Of a stretch of DNA of 64,000 bases, positions 33,446-47,568 are shown in pieces; positions within the stretch are counted from its first letter, which is position 1; every line of letters starts with the position of its first letter. The position numbers and the translations under genes are program-made. Source of the stretch: Cycas panzhihuaensis (taxonomy: Eukaryota > Plantae > Cycadophyta); the NCBI GenBank assembly GCA_023213395.1, contig CM041465.1, forward strand, positions 130,951,741-131,015,740. Direction: 5' to 3'. Under the pieces are notes generated by a model. That model ran no database searches. It worked only from the letters and a program-made list of their open reading frames with translations, and had not been told where the DNA came from.

Positions 33446-36249
33446 CCATCTCCATAATAGCTGTATTTTTCTGTTCAACTATCCCATTGGATTGAGGTGT
33501 GTAGGGAGTTGTGAACTGTCTATGTATTCCATTCACCTTGCAGAAATTTATGAATTCATTTGAAATGTATTCTCCTCCATTATCAAACTTGATACATTTT
33601 ATTTTTTATTCTGATTCCAATTCGACTTTAGCTTTAACTTCTTTGAATGCATCAAAAACTTTGGATTTATTGAAGAGGAAATAAACCCACATGTTTTTAG
33701 AAAAATCATCAATAAATGTTAGAAAATATCTGGAGCCATTGATTGAACAAGGAGTAAGAGGTCCACATAGGTCTGTATGTATCAATTCTAGTTTGTTCTG
33801 AGCTCGCCATTCAGTATTTTTAAAAGGCGCATTTATGTTGTTTACCAAACTGACAGCCTTTGCAAATAAAATAATCAAAAGTAATGTTAGGAAACCCATC
33901 AACCATTCTAGTTTTTCTAATATGTCTAAAGAGATGTGCCCATACTTCAAATGCCACAATTTATTATTGACATTGGAATTTATAGCAACATATGCCTTTT
34001 CATTCTTTTTTGGAATTATGGGATTAGAAAGAAGGCTATATAAGTCATTACTTTCTATCCATTTAGCAATAACAGTGCCATTATTCTTCATATCTAAGAT
34101 GTAGTAGTACCCTTCCTCATCAAATATAGTCCTTACTCTTTTCTTTCTAAGTTGAGAGACAGAGAGAAGGAAGGCTCTTTCTTAGGCCTAGAACAAAAAG
34201 TACATTTTCAATTTTCTGCACATTACCCTTTAATTTGACAACAATGGTTTTGATTACTTTAATATTTAGAGAGTACTTGTCCCCTAGTTCAACAGACTTG
34301 TTGGAAGAATAGGGTTTAAGTGACTCAAACTAGTCCTCTCGACCTATCATATGTTGTGAGGCTTCAGAGTCTATGTACCATACGTCCTCATCTTCCATGT
34401 TAGCAGTGAGAGCTACAATGAAGGCAGTTTCCTCTTTTTCATTTGCTTGTTCTTTGTCAGAAGTTTTCGATGTGACGCTTCGCTCTTTGAATTTCAACTC
34501 TTCTTTGAGTGCACTGATAGGGGTTGTGCCCAAGTTGTTTGCAATGATAACATACATCGAATGCCCTACAATTGTTGGAAAAGTGACCAAGTTTTCCAAA
34601 GTTGAAACAGACCCTTGCATCTCTTGGAGGATTTGCACATCCTCATCCTCTACTTTCTTGCCACCTTCCTCGAGATGTACTTTTAGAGCTCGTCCATGAG
34701 CATGAGATTGACCTCAGCCTCTGGGTCCTATATCTAGTTTTGTCACAAAGGCATCCTCTATTCCTGTTGTGTCTTCATACCTTTTATTCCTTTGCTCCTA
34801 TGCCACTTAGGTTATCAAGAGACATTGTGTCAATCTGGTTATTGTGTTAATCGTGACATCAAAGGATTTTAGGAGTTTGCCACCATCATCTCTACAACTT
34901 CTTGCTCGCGGATGCTTGCTCCTGCACTCAAAAGATCGTTTCTAACAGAGACAACCTTGTGTATGAATTCGACAAGACGCTTCCTTCATGTATAATTTAA
35001 ACAATTCTTCTTTCAGTGCTATAATTCTTGCCTTGTTCTTCTGACTATACGTATTTTTGAAACATGCTCCAGATTGTAGAAGATGAATTTAGTTTTTCAA
35101 CATAAACAAGGAGAGGGTCTGAAATGGAAAGCTTTAATATTATTATCCCTGTGTTATCTCTTTCTACCCAACTAGTTTGGTCAGACCCTGCTATAGAGGC
35201 TTTTGCTTCAATACTAGTAGCAATTGTCCAGGCATTTTTTGCCCTCAACAAGGTTTCTACCTTGATTTTCCAGACATGATAGTTGGTATCTGTCAATTTG
35301 TCCTGATAGGCTAGGGCCAAGGTTGAGGAAGCCATTTTCTAACTGAGATAGCAGAGATATCTGTGTTTGGCCATACAAATGTATGGATTTCCATACGAAA
35401 ATGAAACTATATGAACAAATATAATATGTACCCCAAATTAAAGTATTTTCCACGAGGATTTCAAATCTGAAATTATTTTTCAGATATGACTCTTAGATTG
35501 AGAGAAAACTAGCTTGAAATCTATAGAGGAGTGGCTAGGGTTTTTCAAAGATTTGCTTCAAACTTTCAAAATCTTCAATCAATCTCTTCAAGATTGGATT
35601 CAATAGAATTGAATCATCAAAACACAAAGTTTATGAGTGATTTTACCTGGATTGATGCTAGATTCTGAGCGAAAATTGTATGAAATGCTCAAACCAACGC
35701 GGACTAGTAAAGAGCCAAAAACTGCCTCAAAACGATCTCTGATGCCTTCGTTCCAGTTGACAAAAGCGACATCTGTACCGAGATTTATTTGTTGACCAAA
35801 TTTCATGAAATTTTGAGAACTTCAAATTTTTTTCTGTCCATACAGATTTGTACAAGTTCGTACTGAATCGATTTCTGCAATTTCCTTGGTCTTCGGATGA
35901 TTTCTGTTTCTCTCTCCTCAATGAATATTTCAATCCCTTTTAGACTTCCGTCAAAACAACACATGATGTCTAGCAATCTCTCTCTTGGATAGGCACAATT
36001 TCTCTCTTAAGCAGGCAGATCGACCTACTCTGATACCATGATAAACTTGAGACTTAGATGCAGAAGAAAACTTCTCATTGATTATTATGATGGAGGAAAC
36101 CTCCTTACATATACATGAGTAAATGTAACCAATACAAGTACAGATGACACGTGTCAGACAAGTGTTTAGGTTACATTAGGAGTTACATAAAAGAGGGATT
36201 AAAACATTACCCTCAAAGCACCCTTAGGATAAAACATTATATCTGAATA
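33446..36249 (-). mobile_element. Copia E: 5' half (LTR 36039-36249, PBS, gag from 35335, PR, INT), interrupted by Copia A
   Basis: PBS TGGTATCAGAG on minus ending at 36038; MASSTLALAYQDKLTDTNYHVWK; WYIDSEASQHM; LIHTDLCGP; cut at NGIVEQKNTAIMEM. Confidence 0.85.
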
Positions 36250-39200
36250 GTTTCTTAATCATTGCCTATAACAATCATGTTATCCACATATACAATGATT
36301 ATGGTGATCAAGCCATTCTTTATTTTTGTATAAAGGTTGGATCAGATTCACACCGACTGAACCCATTTTGCTTAAGGTGGGAATCCAATTTTGCATACCA
36401 TGCTTAAGGTGCCTATTTTAAATTGTATAAGGCCTTTTTTAAGCTACATACTAAATGTTCTCCTTTTTTTGCATAACCTATAGGTTGCTCCATGTATACT
36501 TCTTCGTCTAATTCTCCATTTAAAAAGACATTTTTTACATAAAGTTGAGCAACTTCCCATCCGAAGTGAGCTGCTATTGCAATAACAATTCTGACTGTTA
36601 TCATTTTAGCTACAAGGGAAGAGTTTTCCTCGGTCAATTCCTATTGTTTGAGTATACCCTTTTGCTACTAATCTTGCTTTGAATTTTTCAATGCTGTCAT
36701 CTGATTTTTCCTTGATTTTGTATACCCATTTGCACTCTATTATTGGTTTGTCTTTTGGTGGCTCGATGAGTTGCCGTGTTTTATTCTTCTTTATGGTCAT
36801 CATTTCAGCATCCATGGCTTTTTGCCATTCTAAATTATGACATGCTTCGTTAAAACTCCAAGGTTCAATTGAATAGATTAAGGCTTGATGCCTTTGAGAT
36901 CTTGTCTTTTGTTCAAAAACTTCCCCTTTTGACTCTTCCAAGGTTTTAGGAACCATGTTTGATGTTTCTTCGCTTGTTGTTTCCTCAGAGTGCTTTGATC
37001 ACTACCTTCATGAGAGGTAGATTCTCATGGAGTGTTTTGTCCACTTTCTTCTTGAGAGCTAGATCCTCTTGAGATGCTTCCTTCTTATTTGCTATCAGAT
37101 CTGATATTCTCTCCTTGTTCCCTACTTTCTTGAGTACTATTAGTGTTGGACTTTTTTGAAGTATCTTCTCCTTGATTCTTATTTTGAGATACTTATTTGG
37201 AAACTACTTTGTGAATTATTAACTCTAGGGAAGTCTTAGTCGGATGAACTTCTTTGGCAGAGATTTCATCAAGGTTACATCTCTCGATGTAAATTCTATT
37301 ATTTTTTGAGTCTATTCATATGTACACCTTGGATTTATTGTTGTGCCCTACAAAGATGTAGTTAATGCTTTTGTCATCTAGTTTAGTTCTCTTTTGAATG
37401 GGAATATGTACATAAGTGGTACTCCTAAAAACCCTAAGATGACTCATATCAAGTTTCCTATATGTCTATTTTTCTTTTGGAGTGAGATTTTTTAGAACTC
37501 TAGCATGACTTGTATTTATGATATAAACTGTTGTATTCATTGCTTCAGTCCAATATGTATTGGGTACATTTTTCCCTTTCATCATACACCAGCCATTTCA
37601 ATTATGTTTTTGTTCATTTTTTTTGCTACTCCATTTGATTGTGGAGTGTAAGGAGTAGTAAGTTGTCTACGGATACCATGCAATTTGCAGAAGTGAAAGA
37701 ATTCATTCAAAACATACTCCCTTCCACCGTTTGTTCTGAGGGTTTTGATCTTATATTTGCTTTTTAACTCAACCTGAGTTTTGAATTCTTTAAAAATACT
37801 AATGCTTTTAACTTGCTAAAGATGAAATAAACCCACATTTTCCTTGTATAATCATCAACAAAAATGAGAAAGTATCTACTTCCATGGATAGAATTTGGAG
37901 TGATTGGTCCACAAATATCTTTGTGGATTAGCTCTAATTTATCTTGTGACCTCTATGCACTTCTTCGAAATTGTGATTTGTTGTTTTTAGCCAACATATA
38001 ACTCTCACGAATAGATGAGTTAAATGAGATTTCAGGTAGACCTTTAACCATATTTAGCTTCTTTAACATTCCCAATCTATCATTTACAATATGACCATAC
38101 CTTAAATGCCATATCTCATTATTTGTGCTGTGAATACCCAGAGATTTTACAGGAGGAGGCTGGATAGGAGTAGAGACTAATTTATAAAGATTATCGATCT
38201 CAATTCCTTTACTGATTACAACTCCATTTTGTTTCATATCACAAATGGAGCATGTCATATCTATATCAAAGATAACACGAAGTTTTTTTTTTCTCAATTG
38301 AGACACAGAAAGAAGGTTTCTTTTCAAACTAGGTACAAACAACACATTTCAATTTTTTTTTTTTATTTCATTATTAATTTTGATGTTAATAGTTCCCTTT
38401 CCTTTGATACGCAGAGGGAAACTATCACCGAGCTTTATTGATTTGTTGAAGCAATATGGATGCAGATCTTCAAACCATCCTTTTCTCCCTGTCATGTGGT
38501 TTGATGCGTGGGAGTCTATGAACCAATCTTCATTTCCTTGGACATGAGATGCCAAGGCAACATTGCATGCAATTTTCATCATCTTCATCTTTTGTGTTGC
38601 TATAATTACCTTCAACCCATTTGCTTATGTAAATATCATATTGTCTTTGAGGATGGTTATTTGCATAATCTTTGGTCTTCTCACAATAATAACAGGTTCG
38701 TGAATCCGTCAATTTGTAGTTGCCTAATGCCCATATATTCCACATTGATAGCAAATATGTGTATCTAGTGACCTTCCTCTTGAAAATCCACCTTTGCTTT
38801 ATGATCTGCCTCTGAAATCTAATCGACCTTTAAAAATGCTTCTAGGGCATCCTCTTTCATCAACTCTTATCCTTGAGATAAATGCTTTTGATTTCTTTTC
38901 TCTTTGTATCTTTTTAGCCTTTGTTCCTGTTGTAGTAAATATCCACAGAGTGTCAAATGACATACCGAAGGCCTATCCTCTAACAGTAAGGGTATTTACT
39001 AGATTGTCAAAGGTTTTTGGCAGCTTATTGAAGATTAGACAAACAAGTTCGATATCAAAAACTATTTCCCCAACTAAAGCTAAGTTGCCTTTGATTTTAG
39101 TCACCTTGGTGATGAAGTCAAAACCAAATTGTCCCCCCTTGAAACGAATTTGATAGAGCTGGTCTCTTAATGACACAATTTCTGCTCATTTTTCTGACTG

Positions 39201-40416
39201 AATAAGGCCTCTAGAATTTTCCAGGCTTCTATGGAAGGATTTGCTTTAATGACATGAGATAATTGAGAGTCTTTTATAGAAAGCATGATCGCTGCATGTG
39301 CAATCGTGTCTCTCTCTTCCCAGCTTACAAGCTTAAGGGAATCTATAGGACCAAGTTTCTTTTCTGATTTTACTACAAGATCCTAGGCATTTTTTGTAAC
39401 AAGTAACCCTTTCATTTTTAATCTCCATGAATTGTAATTTTCTCCTATCAATTTGTCTAAACGTCCCAAATAGAGAGTGGAGCCCATTTTTTAAAATTAG
39501 AGATAAAAAGAAATAATAGAAAAAGAACCTTGACTTAGAGTTTGGGCCATACGACTATACGAAAAGTACAGATGTATGAATGAAAGATGAAAATACCCTT
39601 AAATCAGAGATTTTTCCAATGCCAATTTGAATCTATAATTATTTTCTTAATCGAACTTGTATTATGGTCAGAAATTGTTTCGAAAGCTTCAATAAACCTA
39701 GGGCATGAAAATCGATTTTTGCCCTTTTCTCCATAAATTTTCAACGAAAATCGACAAAGTAGTACTTGATAGAAAACTTAAGGGAAAACGAAGGGGTTGA
39801 AACAAATACCAGACTTTGAAACTCAAATTTTTTAGAGAAATTTGTTCAAAAAACTCCAAACTTGCGTGTCTGTTTTTTCATAGGTCCTAGCTTATAGAAG
39901 CAAAATTTGGAGATGTTGCTCTGGAGAAAGTTATTTGGCTTGAAGAGGTGCCAACACTGGTAAAATTTTGGCTCAATCTAAAAAGTTTGAAAAATTGATT
40001 GTATAGTTCCATACAAGTTTGAACGATTCCATACAATTTCATTTGTACTCTTCTTCCTGACACAACAATTAATTTTTTTCAAAAAATTCTCAAGGGCATA
40101 ATGCTCCTTTATTTAAATCTCCATCTTCTTTACAAAAAATTGCAGAGATGCACTTCTCCTTCAGAAACTGATAGAACCTGCTTTGATACCATGTTGAAAT
40201 CGCATTTACAAACAAGGAATTAACTTAGAGATGAAATTAACTATTCTTCTTCATAGCTTAAAGGAGAGGAGAACCTCTCATATATATACACCAAGATTAC
40301 AATAGAGGACCCATGCATGTCGGCCACTTGTCAACAAAAAATAAAAGAGGGGTTTATGACACCCGACCCTCAACAATAACTTAAGAGCTTCTAGAGATAA
40401 AACACTAACTTTAACA
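36250..40416 (-). mobile_element. Copia F: 5' part (LTR 40192-40416, PBS, gag from 39487, PR, INT, RT), interrupted by Copia E
   Basis: PBS TGGTATCAAAGC on minus next to 40192; WFIDSHASNHMT; [13 protein letters not shown]; RT cut just after YVDNMIVIGND. Confidence 0.85.
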
Positions 40417-41697
40417 ATTACCTACATCATTATCCATAACTCTCACATTCCCACCTTTACCTCATTTTTTGTGTACATACCACTCTCCCTTTATCGCTTT
40501 ATCTTCATCCCCACCTCCCAAATGTCATTATCGGCAACCATTTTTTCTCCCTCAATTCCTTCATATAGTTCAAAACACGCCCTAGAATCCCTATCAATAC
40601 CACTTTTTCACAAGGGTGCCTAACCCTTATTCCCTATTCATTTCATCTTTCTATAGTTCCTGTACAAATCTATTCACATATCTATCTTGTTTAATATATA
40701 TCCATTCTACTCCTTTCGTATTTCAACTTTCACACCCTACTCCTTTCTCCAAACATCCTTAGTTCATTATTCAACCCCATAAGACCCTCACATAATCCTT
40801 CATTGTCTATGCATCTCACCTATATGGTTCATATCTATAATATGTATGAGTTATTTTCCACTTTTTTCTCATTTCCCAATTTTTTCTACCACATACTTTG
40901 TATTTATCAACAATACCCATTACGTGATTATCATAACAATCTTACCTCTTATTTTCCAAACATAACCTATTTTCTTCCCACAAAACATTCTCCATTCCTC
41001 CAGGACCTCATCCACCTCTTCCAACAAAGCTTTTCTGATAAAGTCAAAAGTCAATGTACAAATTTTGCAAACAAAGAGCAACAGTTCAAGCAAATACTAT
41101 CAGCTTTACACAGGTCCCAGGATCACCTTTAATAGGAGCCAACATAAGGGATATTTAGAACAACACACAAGCAATTGCAGTATCAAGTCAAATATGGGGT
41201 TTTTCCCAAAAGGCGACATAAACGCAGATCAAACCCTCATGACATACAATCCTTGTTGAGTGGCGGATTGATGTATGAGTCCAAGCAACTCCTCGTGTGG
41301 TATTCAGACTTTGAGGGTGAAGTATCTTAAAGAGGGGATTGTTACAAGACCTTTTCATGTGGTATTCATACTTCAAGGGCAAAGTATCTCGAGGAAAGGG
41401 GAATTGTTACAAAACTATTTTATGAAGTCAGTATTTTTAAGAGAAAGAATAGGAAGTTGGTATTTTACAGAGATGATGCCCACCCTATAGCCATAAATAA
41501 AGGGGCAATACTCATTTATTATCATGTTTTATCATTTTTCATTATAATAGAGTAATTTCCATTTGGCACTTCAGTACCCTCGCCTTCATTTTCTCATTAG
41601 TGGTTTTATCTGATATTGTTTGATTATCTCAATATTTATCGATTATTGCTCTTTGTTTTTTTAAATGAATTATCTTCTGTTTCTATTGGACCTGTCA
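40417..41697 (+). mobile_element. Possible highly decayed 3' end of a Gypsy element (PPT plus LTR about 41340-41697)
   Basis: ACTTTGAGGGTGAAGTATCTTAAAGAGGGGAT-TGTTAC resembles a chromovirus pol end and PPT; coding similarity is weak. Confidence 0.35.
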
Positions 41698-42783
41698 TAG
41701 TTTCGGGATGCTAGTGGGCTGAGTAGCAATCAACAATGACTGTTGTACTTTGCTGTACACTGCTGTACTTTCTTAATAAACCACTAGAAAATAGTGAAAA
41801 TCAACATGTAATCACTTTGGGATTGCTGCACCTCTGTTGGTGGATGTTGTGGGCATCCTAACTTCAGCTAAACACTTCTATGTTATCAATGCATATGCAT
41901 ATACCTCCCCATGGGGATTGGTCTCATACCAGTTTCCTGAAAGCACTTGATGCCAGCAGCCTTGAGCTGGTATAAGTCTGTCACAGCCATGGTTGCCATA
42001 AACCTCTGCAAAACTGTGTTGACCAATTGCATTCAAAACTGGTAGGCATTGTCAGGGTCCATCTACTACAGTTTCCGCATCAGCAAAGTTCATAACAGCA
42101 ACCACCTTCATACCAAAGAGTTCTACCATCGTGTGCAGCGCCACCGGCACTGCCATTGCAAACCAAATGGAAACACTCAGTCTGAGGACACACAGGTCTT
42201 CCACACCTGAGATCTGGCCATCTTATGTGCAATGATGATGAGACAAGGTCCACCTTGCAAAGGACCCATCATTATCTCCACATGATGTGCCACTCCTTTC
42301 TACACCATCTCCATTCGCCTTGGGGAGTGTTAACTGACTCCTTGCCATATAAAGTGCAGAATGGGGGCTCTTAGTGTTCTCTTGCAAGGAAGAGACGTAG
42401 AAGGGAATGGAGGGGAAATGCTAGCAGAGTTTCTCCTCTTCATTTTGTACCAATTTTTAATCATCCAAAATTAAACTCATTATTATAGTTTAAATTTATT
42501 TTTAGTTTTATTTTATTTCAATTAAGTTTTTTGAATATACACAATAAGGCCTAAACAGGTCTTCAAATGAGTATGGTCTTTCACGGTCTTCTTATCTATT
42601 TAAAATGCTTGTACATTTGAATTTTCACTATTACATATTTTGTGGTAACTTATTATTTCTCCCATCTGCTGGGAAAATTCAGGCTGCAAATAGGCATGGA
42701 CACAGGCAAAGGAATATTTTGGCAATAGGTGGAACCTGTGATGAGAAAAACCTGCAAAACAGCTTGAAGAAAGGGAACAAATA

Positions 42784-45143
42784 ATGAATGCAGCCAAAAC
42801 ATGTGTTAGAAGGCGACGTGGACCTCGAATGCAGGTAAGCCATTTGAGTGTTTTCTTAGTTGATCATACCTAGTATAAAGTTTTACTCCTTTATCCTTTA
42901 CTTTTAATTCTATTGTTTTGCATGGTTGAGTTCACCTCTGTAAAAGCTATCTGAGTACTATTTATTTGCGAGTCCAGAACAATAACTCTCTAGAGAAAAT
43001 GGCCTGATGATGCAGGCCTTTTCATTTCATCATATCCAAGGTGTTAAGACATGTTTTGATCTTGATGTTTGACTGCAAGTGCAGTGTAAGGTTATGACTG
43101 AGTTTACTTATTGAATCTGGATTATGGCAAGTTATCAACATGAAAATCACAAAACACAAATGTACTTAAAGATATTCATATGGGTTTTCTGTGAATACTT
43201 GATTCCCACTAGCAGTTGGACCATAGCTAATTTGAATGAGGAAGCCTGCAATTTCACCTTTTCTGCAAGCAGTCTATGGGATTTGCACCGGCTGCCCTTG
43301 GGATTTTTCCTGTTAGAGGGCATACATGACTGCCATTTTCTGGGAATGGGATGCTTGAAATGGATTGGTACTTTCCAGATGAAGATTTTGTTTGTTTTTT
43401 CTTTCATTTTTCTGTTTTTTTCCTCGAGTATTTTCTTTGTAGCTGGTTGGTTGTCTTGTCACATTTTCATCTATGCATGGAGAAGATTTCTTGATTAAGT
43501 CCTATAGTCATAGTTATTCATGTCTCCTTCTGTACAAATAGAATAATTTAATATTTTGCCTCCTTGAACTGTAGCCTTGTCGAACATTGCCTCGGATTTT
43601 AACTCCAAACAGCCTATTGGATTCGATATGCTGGTCAATATCTAAGCCTACCTCTACTGCTTGTGTCTATATGGATAGTTCGGGGGGCACGCTCCTTGAG
43701 AGTGGACTGGACATGGATGCAAACGAGAGGGTCTCTGTGTTCTTTGATGCACGTGATGATGGAAGAGATCCAGAAGCTTTCAGTGGCATTTCAGAAGAGG
43801 AAGTTTTTACTCGACCCTTGAGGGAGAGGTGAAATGAATAAAAGTATATTTGGAGTATACTTAGCTTTGTCTTATTTGAAATTCAGTTTTCCTTAAGCTA
43901 ATTAAGGGGTCAGTTTATATGGAGGTCTTTTATTTAGATGGCCTAACTATTTGGTCCACAAAAGCATATCTATAGTTGATGTCACCTAAATGTTTCCTTG
44001 GTTGCAGTGAGAAAAGAGAAGTAATATACAAGGGGCCATTTTTGACCATTTTATTTCCAATTGATCGATTTGGTGAAATGGGGCCATCAGCAAGAACTTT
44101 CTTCTGTGAGAAAGGTTTCACACGTTTGCAGATCTTAGATTATATGTACACATTTTACCAGGTATGTTTTGTTAATATGTGTGGGAATGTGAGGGTCTGA
44201 AAGAGAGATTTGCATTCTTCTGTCCAGTGTCACAAGAAATTGCCTGTCACTCCTAGAAATTTATCATTGGTTGATCAGAGACATGTTTATGTTTTCATTT
44301 TATCAAACGCAGGGATGTTTGTTTCATTTATGCTTAGATTTGAAGTTCACTATTAGTAGCATTAGTAATTTTACTTTGCCGTCGATGTTTTCAGTGCATA
44401 GTGTTTGAAGGATTGAGAGTGTGAGTCCCAGCTGGTATAATATCTCTCCGGAGACTTACTCTGGTTCCCTGTTCAGCTGTATAATGAGAGATGATCATGG
44501 GAAGCTGATGATTCTCGAGGCCTTGCTCCTGTTTTTTTTCTCTCAATCAAGTTAATATTGTTATTTATCCTAAAATGAGTCAAACCCACCAGATATGGGT
44601 TTGATGCCATTGCCAAGGATATTAGTTTTAGTGTTCGTAGTTCATCCTATTCTGGTGGTTATGATTTGTGACATCTGGCAGGCTGTTTTTGTTTTGCTTT
44701 GATGGTCAAATGACAGTCCCGTAAGTTATGGGGATGGATATATGCATGTTTGTGAGAGGGAGAGAGTGTGCGTGAGTACTGAGATTGGCATTCAATATAC
44801 CAAACTGTATTTATTACATTTTGTTCATCAGATGACAGCTGCAGCAAGCTATGTGCCTGTGTGTGTGTTTGAGAGAGAGAGAGAGAGAGAGCACTGAGAT
44901 TGACTAAGTTCAGTGTTCCAACAGGAAAACATGTCACCGGATGAAATAGAAGTAGCAATTTATACAGATTCAAAGCATGCAGACCGACTGAGGTCGTTAT
45001 ATGCCAGCAAAGAGGCTCTAGACCTAGATTATGTACCAATAAAGCGTAGTGAATTCCTTGGAAGCCGGAGGAATTTTGAAGTCCTCAAACGGATCAGTAG
45101 GGAGAACACTGGTCAGGTGTATGAATTATGCCTCGGAGCATGA
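42784..45143 (+). CDS. Four-exon host gene, 225-aa uncharacterised protein; join(42784-42834,43575-43828,44008-44161,44925-45143)
   Basis: All three introns are GT-AG with consistent phases (0, 2, 0). The spliced 678 nt give an open frame MNAAKTCVRRRRGPRMQ...QVYELCLGA*. In-frame stop upstream at 42742. Exon 1 is the least certain. Confidence 0.8.
44858..44891. repeat. Compound (GT)n/(GA)10 microsatellite in intron 3
   Basis: Read directly. Confidence 0.9.
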
Positions 45144-46489
45144 TATGCAGATTTGTAGAATGACAGCTTCAACTGTAAAGTAACTATAGTTTCGCAAAGA
45201 CATATGGAAGGCATTCATTCTCCTCTGGAAAAGAGAAGCGAGAAGGGTTGGAAAGGTTAGGAGGAAACAGAATGCGAAGGGGATTTGCACCACCAGGCTT
45301 TAGTTTCATCATTGATTGATGTATAGAATTGTTTAAGCTGTGAAAGCATCTGTCATTTGATTTGTTATCATATCAAAAAATTGTAACATAGACAGCAATG
45401 TGTTTAAATAATACGTGTGGGTAAGATGAAATTTCTAAGAACTCCTAATGCAGAGTTTGATATGCATGGTAAAATGACATTTGAGAAAACAAGTATCCTG
45501 CTGCAAGTTATTTTCAATTCTTATTGATGGATATGAAGTTCACAGTGGCATGCAGGGATGTTGTGCTTAAGCGCAAATTGTTTGCTATCAGAAGGTGAAA
45601 TATTGCAGTTATTTGTAATATTTCACACATTCTTAATTGCAAGGTGAAAGATGGAACAAATGGCTAATAAATTATTGAGAGAATTTGCATGGACATGGTT
45701 ATTTTCTATCTTGAACATTGCTTGATATGAGGTATCAATTGTTTCTTGTGTTCTGAAAATTCTCTCTTTGATGCTCACCTGTTGATCAATGTTCCAGAAT
45801 AAAATTCTGATTATCTAACTTGCTGTTTGTTAATAGAAAATTGCTGTTTCCATATATAATCATGAAGTAATGGGTTGGCACTGTAGGTGCTGCTCAATAT
45901 CATCACTAATGCAGTTAATAGGCATTATAACGTAGCAGATCTATATCGTATCTCGTCTAAAAAATTGTATCTTTACATGTTGCTTTTAACTTCAAATTTA
46001 CTAATGAGACAATAACTTTGTTAAATGTATCAATTTGGTGTGGTCTGATTGTGATTTGAAGTTGTTTCTGAAGTTTCACTTGTCTGATTCTTTTTTCTGC
46101 CGAGCTTCAGGTTTACATTTTTCAGTTCTCCACTTATCTGCCTCAATCTCTTTATTACCTTCATTTCTTTTATGACTGATCAGATTCCCTTAATCTTACA
46201 TTATAGCTGCTGGTTAAATTTCATTGGAAAGAGAAAGCTGCTTGTTTCAGGCTTTTGTGAATTTCCAAACCTTGTGAAGACTTCATCACCTTGCAAACTC
46301 TTTCTGTTCCATCTTCCGCAGTCCTGGATATTCTGCTTTATAACTCTAGTCACAAGCTTCGTTCCATTTGCTAATCTTATTTATCTGTTCTTCCAACCGC
46401 AATTCCTACTTGGTGTGATTACCTGGACATCCACTCTTATATTGCTGACCAACATTGTTACCATCTTCCTACCCCTACCCTCTGAAGTG

Positions 46490-46853
46490 TGTTAGAAATA
46501 ATGTTTATGCAGTTTGTATTATGATGTAATTTAGGGTCAACTTAATGTTGTGATCTTATTACACCCTGAGGTTTGTGTAGGTAGAGTCACAAAAAATATC
46601 GCTCGATGAGTGATGTATCCACAGTGTTTCCAAAATTTTTAATGGCAAGTGACACGTGTAAGGGTAGATATCAGTCCAGTGGATGGCAATTGAACCCTAG
46701 TTATATTAATACCCTTATCAGTATTGTATATACAATAATTCAGAGTTTTTAATGAATGAAGAAAAAGTTTTGAAGGTGGACCAGCTCTACTTGGAAAATG
46801 TGTGCTGCAATTTTGTTTTTGGCTTATATTTTTTCATATTTGGTATCAGAGCC
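46490..46853 (+). mobile_element. LTR plus tRNA-Met PBS of an old LTR element (H); decayed internal part probably extends to about 55950 around the LINE
   Basis: TGTTAG start at 46490 and a perfect TGGTATCAGAGCC at 46841; faint integrase-like remnants at about 55250-55950. Confidence 0.55.
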
Positions 46854-47568
46854 AAGTTCCCAAGAGATGAATGTTAGTTTTATGAACTCAGAATCCTTTG
46901 TGGAGATGGAAATTGGATGGAGCTTAGCTATAGGAGTTTGTAGAAAGATAGTGTCAGTTTCCTAAATTCAAAAAATGAATTTGAAATTGAAGATTTTATT
47001 GCAGGAAAAGCTTACTAGAGGAATTCTGAAGTGTTAATGGAATTGCAGACCCATGGCATTGTTAAAATTAGTGTTTATGTTGCTAGGTTGGACTTCAGTT
47101 GTGGGTCATAGCAGCTTTTGGTGTGTCATTAGGTAGTTCGGTGAGTCATAAGGTCATCATTAATTTGTTGACACTTGTCTAGGGATTACATTATTTTATA
47201 AATGTGTAACAAGTGTTGTTATAAGCCTGTTTCAAATAAGCCCCAACTTATGGCAATAAATGAGGCAGCCTTAAATCATTCATTTTCATCTTGGGAATTA
47301 TTGTTTTGTTATATTGTGGACAATGGCTTAATGCTATTGCAACACTCTAGTGCATTGAGGAGCTCTTGCCTCAAAGACAATTGATTTGAAAATTATTTAT
47401 CTAATATTTCATTTAATATTCTACTTTTTATATGATATCATGTTGATTATTTAAATATTATCACTGGTTATTTGGCTAGTTCTAACATATTTTCAATCGA
47501 TTTGTTGTGGGTTCACCACATTTAGCATTAGAGCATTCTATTTAGCATTATCATTTTTTGTCTCAGAA

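Noticed and set aside
41700-42350. Possible exon or transposase fragment in a GC-richer patch
   Set aside because: No open frame or recognisable motif on either strand.
43001-43018. CTGATGA-containing hairpin as a hammerhead ribozyme or snoRNA
   Set aside because: Just a 6-bp stem in intron 1; the remaining hammerhead core and stems are not present.
43124-46495. Hydrophobic ORFs 43124-43498, 44659-45039 and 46172-46495
   Set aside because: T-rich intronic, antisense or downstream sequence with no motif support.
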